This document shows, piece after piece, positions 8,021 to 15,127 of a stretch of DNA of 27,505 bases; the stretch's first letter is position 1, and each line of letters begins with the position of its first letter. Below the pieces are notes generated by a model. That model had not been told where the DNA came from. It saw nothing but the letters and a program-made list of their open reading frames with translations, and did no database searches. The DNA is from a virus (lineage: Duplodnaviria > Heunggongvirae > Uroviricota > Caudoviricetes): the IMG/VR virus record IMGVR_UViG_3300001687_000947. The stretch is one strand, 5' to 3'. A program made the translations under genes and the position numbers.

Positions 8021-9106
8021 ATGAAAAGTAAAATAGAAGAACTAGCTACTGCTGGTAGTGCTGCTGTAACTGCTATTACTCCCAAAATAATTTCTGCTGT
8101 TATTGAAGAAATAGCTAGAGATAATGTTGTCTGGGCACAATTCTATAGAGTTAATACTGACTTGATGAGGAACGGTGGAACAGAAGTAGTCTTTCCTAAG
8201 AAAGGTTCTGGTGTTGTTGCTGGTTGGGGTCTTTCACAAGGTGAAGGATTAACCGCTAGTGGAATGACATTCTCTGCTGTAACTATTGGTATATCCAAAG
8301 GTGGAGTTGGAATTGGACTTTATGGTGAAGCTTTAAGACAAACTAATAGGGACGTTATTCAAATTAACCTTGAGGAAGCTGGTAATGTTTGGGCTGAAAC
8401 AATTGATATTGCTGCATTTCAAGCTATGTTCCCAACTGCTACTGCAACTGCATGTAACGGTGGAACATTTGTTGCTGCATCAGTTAATGTTGTGGGTGTT
8501 AAGAGTGTATCTCCTAGCACATGTACTGGATTTACAATAGTGAATCTTGGAACAAGCTCAAGTATAACTTATGCTTCTGGTGCTGTTGGAACAGTAACTT
8601 ATTGGTATTCTCCTGCAACTCTTGGATATGAGGGTGTATCTGCAACTGCTGGATCTTTAGGAGCTAAAGATTTACAGAATTGTAGAAATGGTATAAGAGG
8701 ATACAAATACAAGCCAAGTGTAGCCGTTGTACATCCTCAATTAGTTACAAACCTAATTTATGATCCTGCTGTTAAATTTGTTGAACAAGCTGCTTATACT
8801 GGTGCTGATAAAGCTCACGCTTATACTGGTGAATTGGGGCAAGTTATGGGTCTTAGAATCATAACAACTGTGTATGCACCAACTATTGCTGTTGCAGTTA
8901 TTGATGAAGGTAAACTTGGTTACCAAGTTGTAAGGAAAGAACTGGACATGAATAGGGATCAATATACTGGTATGTCAATGGATTGCTTATACTTCTGGGG
9001 ATTTGCTGAGAAAGGCTTTGGTGTTGTTAACACAAGAGCTTATGGTTGTGTGGCTATAAAAGGCACTTATGGCGTAGATATTGGCTTAGGTTCTGGATTT
9101 CCTTAG
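8021..9106 (+). CDS. Major capsid protein, HK97 fold
   Basis: 361 aa. N-arm P-x-I, E-loop-like G-TEVVFPK...W..S.GE, spine helix with ETID, later W-like region VVHPQLVTNL, G-LG-VMGLRII and C-terminal F-G-GVVN. Gene order protease-scaffold-MCP-adaptor. Confidence 0.88.
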   Translation: MKSKIEELATAGSAAVTAITPKIISAVIEEIARDNVVWAQFYRVNTDLMRNGGTEVVFPKKGSGVVAGWGLSQGEGLTASGMTFSAVTIGISKGGVGIGLYGEALRQTNRDVIQINLEEAGNVWAETIDIAAFQAMFPTATATACNGGTFVAASVNVVGVKSVSPSTCTGFTIVNLGTSSSITYASGAVGTVTYWYSPATLGYEGVSATAGSLGAKDLQNCRNGIRGYKYKPSVAVVHPQLVTNLIYDPAVKFVEQAAYTGADKAHAYTGELGQVMGLRIITTVYAPTIAVAVIDEGKLGYQVVRKELDMNRDQYTGMSMDCLYFWGFAEKGFGVVNTRAYGCVAIKGTYGVDIGLGSGFP

Positions 9107-9180
9107 TTAAGGTGAAACTATTTTTACCTTAACATTCTTTCTCCATTAGTTTCCCATTATATTTTATTTATTTTTAGTTT
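9106..9180 (+). terminator. Stem-loop followed by a T-rich tract after the MCP gene
   Basis: GTTAAGGTGAAA (9106-9117) pairs with TTTTACCTTAAC (9122-9133): 12 bp with one G-U and a 4-nt loop. It is followed by a long pyrimidine/T-rich run. Confidence 0.6.
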
Positions 9181-9209
9181 ATGATAATATGACTTGTCTA
9201 GACACAAGG

Positions 9210-9217
9210 TTTATTAT
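9210..9217 (+). promoter_or_regulatory. TATA-like box (TTTATTAT)
   Basis: Begins 30 nt upstream of the GGTGA SD (9240) of the adaptor gene. Confidence 0.5.
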
Positions 9218-9251
9218 ATAAGTAGCACTTTATTTTGTTGGTGAATGTGTA

Positions 9252-9881
9252 ATGGTAAATTATCTTACTACTCCTGATAATGTTAGGAAAAGATTAGGTC
9301 TTACTCCTGATGAAGCTCCTGATGAAGTTGTATATGAATATATTTCTACTGCTCAGAAAGATGTACGTAAAGATTTGGCTTTCTTCCAGTTTGATGATAC
9401 TCTTAGCGGTAATATTAATGGTGTTAATACTACTTTTTCTACATGTAATAGTTTTATAGCTGATATGAACTATGATAATATTGTTAATAATTCTGATATA
9501 GAAGTTTATGGTTGGACTATAAGTGATGATCCTGGAACCAGAGTAACTATTTCATTATCAACTATTTATCCTGAATATGGTAAAGTTGTTACTAATAGTG
9601 CTCCAAGTGGGTTAGCTAAGATTACAGCTAGATATTATTATTATGATACTTATGTTGATAGTGAGCTTATTCCAGAGGCTTGTGCTGATTTAGCTGCTTA
9701 CTTGTATGCTGGACGTGAATTATTACTTATGCCTAGACAATGGATGTTTGGTGCTTATAGGTTCATTAAATCAGTTGAATATAAAGAGTTACTTGAAAGT
9801 TACTATGGAAACTTAGATAAAATTCTTGGTTATGCTAGTCTTAAAGATTCACATGATGAACCAACTTTAATTAGAGGGTGA
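9252..9881 (+). CDS. Head-tail adaptor (HK97 gp6 / SPP1 gp15-like) with an inserted beta-domain
   Basis: N-terminal Y-x-T-P-x-x-VR-x-x-LG helix and later IPEACADLAAY helix are typical of gp6-like adaptors; follows the MCP. Confidence 0.65.
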   Translation: MVNYLTTPDNVRKRLGLTPDEAPDEVVYEYISTAQKDVRKDLAFFQFDDTLSGNINGVNTTFSTCNSFIADMNYDNIVNNSDIEVYGWTISDDPGTRVTISLSTIYPEYGKVVTNSAPSGLAKITARYYYYDTYVDSELIPEACADLAAYLYAGRELLLMPRQWMFGAYRFIKSVEYKELLESYYGNLDKILGYASLKDSHDEPTLIRG

Positions 9882-9885
9882 TTAA

Positions 9886-10242
9886 ATGAAATCTCATATG
9901 GAGCTTATAATTAAGATTATGATTAGAAGATATGGTGAAGATGTTAATCATAAGCAACGTGTTAAGACTGATCTAGGTGATGGTGAAGCAGAGTATTCTT
10001 ATGAAGTTAAAGAGCCTAAACGTGGACAGTTTAAGAAGATTACTCCTGAAGATGAAACTGTTAACCGTTGGGGACGCAGAATAGAAGCTGATGCTATAGG
10101 AACATTTCCTGTTGGTACTAAAGTGTATGAGAGTGATTTAATTGAATTGGATGATGGATGGTATGAGATAGATAAGAAAATAACCCATAGGACTGGTGGA
10201 GTAGATGATTATATTGAAGTATTTCTTAGAAGGAGACAATAA
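9886..10242 (+). CDS. Head-closure/stopper protein (SPP1 gp16-like)
   Basis: 118 aa, beta-rich, with ESDLIELDDGWYEI, typical of the D-x-I...Y-x-I stopper pattern; synteny. Confidence 0.6.
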   Translation: MKSHMELIIKIMIRRYGEDVNHKQRVKTDLGDGEAEYSYEVKEPKRGQFKKITPEDETVNRWGRRIEADAIGTFPVGTKVYESDLIELDDGWYEIDKKITHRTGGVDDYIEVFLRRRQ

Positions 10243-10661
10243 TGATAACTGTAAATGTTAAAGGTATAGAGAAAATGGTTTCTTTATCTCAGAGATTTAT
10301 TGGATTTGAGGATAAAGTTAAAAGTATTGTTATTGAGGAACTAGAGTATTATGCTGATTCAATAAGGAATGATCCTGAGGTTCCAAAGGAATATGCTGAT
10401 GCTATTTATATAGCTATTGTTGAAGAGTTTGATGTTATTGCTTTAGCTGTTCATATACCAGAGAGAATGGCTTATGAACGCTTTGGCAACAGAGTACAAT
10501 GGGCTGTTTATAAGTGTCCTAGACGCAAATATAATGATGGTATGATAACTAAAGAGTATGATGGTCCACATTTTATTAGAACAAAATGGAATGATTATAA
10601 AGCTACATTTATTAATAATGTTAAGAGTAAGATAATACAAGAAATAAAGAGTGGTGCATAA
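10242..10661 (+). CDS. Neck/tail-completion protein (HK97 gp10-like)
   Basis: N-terminus MITVNVKGIEKM and C-terminal PHFIR; between stopper and terminator; TAATG overlap with the previous gene. Confidence 0.5.
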   Translation: MITVNVKGIEKMVSLSQRFIGFEDKVKSIVIEELEYYADSIRNDPEVPKEYADAIYIAIVEEFDVIALAVHIPERMAYERFGNRVQWAVYKCPRRKYNDGMITKEYDGPHFIRTKWNDYKATFINNVKSKIIQEIKSGA

Positions 10662-10662
10662 T

Positions 10663-11451
10663 ATGGTTAGCTTTGATTTATGGAAGATACAAACTACTTT
10701 TATGAATAGTATACGTGCTTATGTTTATCCTGAGCAAGTACATTACCAGTCTGTAATATCTATGTTTACTAGGGGTGGTACTATTACTCAGGAATTTTAT
10801 CCTTTCTCTACTAGTATTAATGCTTATGGTGTTTATGTTACAAGTGTTCTAGGTAGCCCAGGTCCAATGACTATTTCATGTATTTGTGGTAGTAACACTA
10901 TGAATTCTGGAACTGTAGCTGGTACTGTTGGTTGGAATATTATTAATTGTTCATGTGAAGATATTGTTTCTTCAAGATACTCTAGTTTAGTTGTTGAAGC
11001 TTCAGTTAATGCTGATAATAATTATAATTTAGGTGGAGATCCCAATAATGATTATTTCTTTAATGGTTCAGCATCTACTATTCCAATAGCTTTTACTGTT
11101 GGAGTTAAAGACTTTGTTTATAGAGCTTATAATGATGAGCTTATTAAACAGAATAATTTGCCTGTAATAGTTGTTGATGTTACAGGTAGACCAAGGGTTA
11201 GAGATAGATATCTTAGTGGTGATTACACTTGGCTTGATATTACAGTTAGAGCTGATGTTTACGGTAAGCATAGTAATGAAGTTGATAAGCTTATTTATGG
11301 TGCTGATAGGGGAACATATAAGAATAGAAAGTCATTTGATGAAATATATTATGTTACTCCAAGTGTTATATCTCAGAAGGATTATGTTAGACCAGAAGTG
11401 CTTCATAGAAGTGTTAGTTGGGTAGCAAAACAATTAATAGCTAGAGAATAA
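10663..11451 (+). CDS. Tail terminator protein with an inserted beta-rich domain
   Basis: C-terminal half LPVIVVDV...ITVRADVYGK..EVDKL resembles SPP1 gp17 / lambda gpU-type terminators; directly upstream of the tail tube. ATG 10663 has GGTG at 10653. Confidence 0.5.
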   Translation: MVSFDLWKIQTTFMNSIRAYVYPEQVHYQSVISMFTRGGTITQEFYPFSTSINAYGVYVTSVLGSPGPMTISCICGSNTMNSGTVAGTVGWNIINCSCEDIVSSRYSSLVVEASVNADNNYNLGGDPNNDYFFNGSASTIPIAFTVGVKDFVYRAYNDELIKQNNLPVIVVDVTGRPRVRDRYLSGDYTWLDITVRADVYGKHSNEVDKLIYGADRGTYKNRKSFDEIYYVTPSVISQKDYVRPEVLHRSVSWVAKQLIARE

Positions 11452-11453
11452 TA

Positions 11454-11461
11454 TATAAATA
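11454..11461 (+). promoter_or_regulatory. TATA box (TATAAATA) upstream of the tail tube gene
   Basis: Begins 31 nt upstream of the GGTGG SD at 11485. Confidence 0.5.
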
Positions 11462-11495
11462 GGGTAGTAATGTTTATTAGTATAGGTGGTTAATA

Positions 11496-12308
11496 ATGGG
11501 AAGATATTTCAGATTCACAGAAGGTGCAAACAGTAATACATTTGATTTCACAGTTAGAGCTGACTTTAGTGAGAGGAAAGAATACTTTAGTGAGTTTGTT
11601 TTTGGTGGAGAACGTGATAAACGTATTTATGGTCTTACAAGAATTACTCCAACTGCTAGTTGGGAATATGATGTTAATGGTTTAGCTTTCTTAAGATTTG
11701 TTCTAGGGTCTCTTAGTGGAAGTAGTGTAACTTCTGTTACGGATACTCCTGAGATGGGAACTATTCATGCTGGTGTAGATGGTATTAATTATGGTATTAC
11801 ATCATCCAAAGTTGATACTTGGAACTTTACTGTAGATGAAGGTGGACCAGTTAAAGCTGAAGTTACTGCTATGGGTAAAGGAACTACAACTGTTGCTCCA
11901 GCTGCTTACACTACAGATATTGATCAAGCTGTGGTTATGCCTTATGATGTTGGTGTAACAATTGGTACTAGTAGTATTGGATTTGTTAGATTTAACTTGA
12001 ATATTAATAATGGTTTACAACCTGTGTTTAAGAACCAAACTGTACCTGTAACTATTAGACCAACTGGTTTAGAAGTTAGTGGTAGAATCAGAGTGTTAGA
12101 GTATTATGACTCTGATGTTGTAGATGGTTCTTTAGCTATTAAGGTTGGTACTTTAGGAGTATTATATGTTCCAACAGTTAAGTTCACAGAGGTTCCTCCA
12201 ACTGCAACAGGTTATGAGCTTCCAGAAATAGAATATTCATTTAATGGATATCCAACAACTAGTCAAGATGCTGTTTGGGCAACATTGAATAATACGCTTA
12301 AGTGGTAG
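11496..12308 (+). CDS. Major tail tube protein
   Basis: 270 aa, with two beta-rich halves (VDTWNFTVDEGGPVKAEVTAMG; FNLNINNGL...GLEVSGRI); followed by the chaperone and tape measure genes. Confidence 0.75.
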   Translation: MGRYFRFTEGANSNTFDFTVRADFSERKEYFSEFVFGGERDKRIYGLTRITPTASWEYDVNGLAFLRFVLGSLSGSSVTSVTDTPEMGTIHAGVDGINYGITSSKVDTWNFTVDEGGPVKAEVTAMGKGTTTVAPAAYTTDIDQAVVMPYDVGVTIGTSSIGFVRFNLNINNGLQPVFKNQTVPVTIRPTGLEVSGRIRVLEYYDSDVVDGSLAIKVGTLGVLYVPTVKFTEVPPTATGYELPEIEYSFNGYPTTSQDAVWATLNNTLKW

Positions 12309-12310
12309 AT

Positions 12311-12694
12311 ATGGTGAAAACTAAGAAAGAAGAAGAATTAACTATAAAGTCTATAATAGAGAATACTCCTGAAACTTTTTATATACCAGAATTTGGTAAT
12401 GTTACCGTTAGGTGTCCAACTACTGGTGAGAAGCTTGATGCTAAGAGAGAAGCATTGAAGATTACTGAAGGTTTAACTGAGTTTGATACTAATGTTGAAC
12501 ATGCAAGAATCTTAGCTATGAAAATGATTATTAAACCAAAGATTACTGTTGAAACATATTTAGATAGTAATGATGCTAGAATTTCAATTGTGCTTGATAC
12601 TGTTCATATGTGGTATAATAAGAAAATGGCAAAGCTTAATGAAAGTAGACAGGAGTTAATTAGAGATTTTTTAGAACTGAAGAAGGAGAGCTAA
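12311..12694 (+). CDS. Tail assembly chaperone (gpG-like)
   Basis: Between tube and tape measure; contains VTVRCPTTGE and a slippery heptamer near its 3' end. ATG 12311 preferred over GTG 12302. Confidence 0.7.
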   Translation: MVKTKKEEELTIKSIIENTPETFYIPEFGNVTVRCPTTGEKLDAKREALKITEGLTEFDTNVEHARILAMKMIIKPKITVETYLDSNDARISIVLDTVHMWYNKKMAKLNESRQELIRDFLELKKES

Positions 12695-12927
12695 GTATTG
12701 GGTTCTTCTATTTGCTTAAGGAGAACAATTTTGACTGGAACAAAGCTAAAGAAGTGTTCTATAGTATGACTGAACCTCAAATATTATGGTTCAATATTAC
12801 TGCTGCTACTGAGAAACGTAGACTTGATGATGAAGCTGAAGCTGAAGCTAATAGAAGAAGTAATGTGAAAGGTAAAGGTTTTGGTGGAACAGAAATAAAT
12901 AAAAGGTCATTTACCTTTAGAGATTAG
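12667..12927 (+). CDS. -1 frameshift extension (gpT-like) yielding a G-T fusion protein
   Basis: T TTT TTA at 12667-12673 is in X XXY YYZ phase. The -1 frame is open from there (RTEEGELSIGFFY) into the annotated 12712-12927 ORF. Confidence 0.7.
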   Translation, partial: FFRTEEGELSIGFFYLLKENNFDWNKAKEVFYSMTEPQILWFNITAATEKRRLDDEAEAEANRRSNVKGKGFGGTEINKRSFTFRD

Positions 12928-12946
12928 TATGGTGTGATGATATAAG

Positions 12947-15127
12947 ATGAGTAGTGGTGGAGATGCAGATATATTCATTGGGATTACTGTACAAACTGAT
13001 CAATTAGCGGAAGCTAATCAATTGGTTATTGATTTAACTAATAATCTTAGGAATCTTCAGGGTACAGCATCTCAAGTACATCTTCAACAGTTAGGAACTA
13101 GTTTTGGTAATATATCAAGTGAACTTGCTAAGGTTAAAGGTATTATCTCTGAAACTACTCCAAATGTAACTGGATTAACTAGAAATATGATTGAATTATC
13201 TACTGCTGGATTAGAGTTTAGTTTACCAGCACTTGAGAAGATGCCTGGTTTACTTAGTAATATAAGTAGAAACTTAGGTATTTTACCAAGTAATGTTAAA
13301 GATTTGTGGATGGCACTTGGTAAAACAGTTAATGTTGGTGGACTAATACAATTTGGTGTAGGTATAAAGGAGTTAGGTGAAAGTTTAGGTTATACTGATC
13401 AAAACCTAAAGGATTTTGTTAGAAACGCCAGTATACTTAGGGAAATAGCTACTAAGACATTTGGTGGAGCAAGATTATCTGGTAAGCAATATGAAGCATT
13501 TATAACTAGTTTAGCTGAAGATGCTAAAAGGGAAGTTCCACAGATTGAGAGTATAATGAACAGAATGTCTAAGGCTTTTATGGGTTTATCTGCTGTTGAT
13601 AAGTTTGCTATTGATTTAGAGATGCCTAAAGCTAAGGTTTTAGCTCATGATTTAGGTAGACTTGGTGCTATTCAGGCTGATTTAACTAATGTTACTCATG
13701 CTATGAATAATGCTCATAGATTATCAGGACCAGCATTAGAACAATTGTCTCAAATTACTAATCTTGGAACTGAAGAACTTAAAGCTAACTCTAGAGCTGT
13801 TGAGGATAACGCTAGAAAATATGATATGTTAAGAGATTATATGAGACACACTAGAACAGCCATTGGACCATTAGGTTATGCTTTCAGAGATATTACTATG
13901 CAATTATATTGGGCATCACTAGGATTCTTATTCTTAACTATGACTATCATAAGAAGTGAACAAGCTCAGTTAACAGCTGAACGTAGAGCCAATGATTTAG
14001 CTAAGTCATATTATAACATTATACAGTTACAAAGAGATTATGCTAGAACAATGATAGAATTTGGTGCTAATAGTGAGGAAGCTGGTAAAGCAAGTGTTCA
14101 ACTTGAAATGGCTGAACGTGATTTAGAATTACAACAGAAATCTTTAGCATTAGCTATTAAATCTGAAGTGTTGCAAAACTTACAGTATTATGCATCTATG
14201 ATACCTTTAACTGTTAATACTATGTGGTTACTTATGACTGTTATTGGACAAGTTAGAGGAGCATATATGACTTTAACTACTGAGAAGATGAGAAATGCTA
14301 TATTTACAATGCTGGAAGCAAAAACAACTAAGACGGCTTCATTAATGCAATTTATTGATAATGCCGCTAAAGCTACAGGTACAACTGTTACTAAAGCTTC
14401 AAATGTAGTTAAGGGTAAAGAAATTACTCTTGAAGGTATTTATACTGCTGTTAAAACAGCATCTAATTATGCTAGAAGTATAGGTTTGGGGTTATTAACT
14501 TTAGGTATAGGTGTTGCTATAGCTTATACTGCTACTACATTAATGATGGCTCATGCTGAGAAAGAAGCTGCTAGACAAATGAAAGAAATGAATATACAGA
14601 TGGAAGAGCTTGGTAGTAGATGGGGTAGAATGTCACTTGGAGCTCAAGATGCTTCATTTAATATAGCTGAACTTAATAATGTTGTTGATATGACATCTGA
14701 TGTAGCTAATAATGCAACTGATTCTTTAGTTGGTCTTGATAATACTTTAGCTGGTAAATCAGTTGATAAGTCTGCATTAAAAGCTGCTGATGCTATGAGT
14801 ATTCTTAATGCTAATATTAATAGGATTGATACTGGTTCAGCAATGTTGAAACTTAGTGAATTTACTGGTGAACTAGATAGTATAGATGAAGATAAAAGAA
14901 TTAGTGTTGATGCTAAAGTTAGTAAAGATGTTGTTACTGGTGGTATTATGGATAATAATATAGCTAACTATAGAATGTTATCCAATAGGGATACTGGTAA
15001 CAGATATAATGTTACTATTATATTTGAGAATGTTAATGTTAGAGATCAAAATGATATTGATAATATAGCTGTAGCTATAGATAAGAAGTTTCAACATCAT
15101 ATTCATGCTATAGGTGGGGAAGTGTAA
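12947..15127 (+). CDS. Tape measure protein
   Basis: 726 aa, helical and A/L/M-rich, with hydrophobic segments (LYWASLGFLFLTMTII; GLGLLTLGIGVAIAY) and C-terminal YNVTIIFENVNVRDQNDID; follows the chaperone. Confidence 0.85.
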   Translation: MSSGGDADIFIGITVQTDQLAEANQLVIDLTNNLRNLQGTASQVHLQQLGTSFGNISSELAKVKGIISETTPNVTGLTRNMIELSTAGLEFSLPALEKMPGLLSNISRNLGILPSNVKDLWMALGKTVNVGGLIQFGVGIKELGESLGYTDQNLKDFVRNASILREIATKTFGGARLSGKQYEAFITSLAEDAKREVPQIESIMNRMSKAFMGLSAVDKFAIDLEMPKAKVLAHDLGRLGAIQADLTNVTHAMNNAHRLSGPALEQLSQITNLGTEELKANSRAVEDNARKYDMLRDYMRHTRTAIGPLGYAFRDITMQLYWASLGFLFLTMTIIRSEQAQLTAERRANDLAKSYYNIIQLQRDYARTMIEFGANSEEAGKASVQLEMAERDLELQQKSLALAIKSEVLQNLQYYASMIPLTVNTMWLLMTVIGQVRGAYMTLTTEKMRNAIFTMLEAKTTKTASLMQFIDNAAKATGTTVTKASNVVKGKEITLEGIYTAVKTASNYARSIGLGLLTLGIGVAIAYTATTLMMAHAEKEAARQMKEMNIQMEELGSRWGRMSLGAQDASFNIAELNNVVDMTSDVANNATDSLVGLDNTLAGKSVDKSALKAADAMSILNANINRIDTGSAMLKLSEFTGELDSIDEDKRISVDAKVSKDVVTGGIMDNNIANYRMLSNRDTGNRYNVTIIFENVNVRDQNDIDNIAVAIDKKFQHHIHAIGGEV

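Noticed and set aside
11451-12947. Contractile tail sheath gene
   Set aside because: No ORF of suitable size or motif lies between the terminator and the tube, and no baseplate wedge genes are evident.
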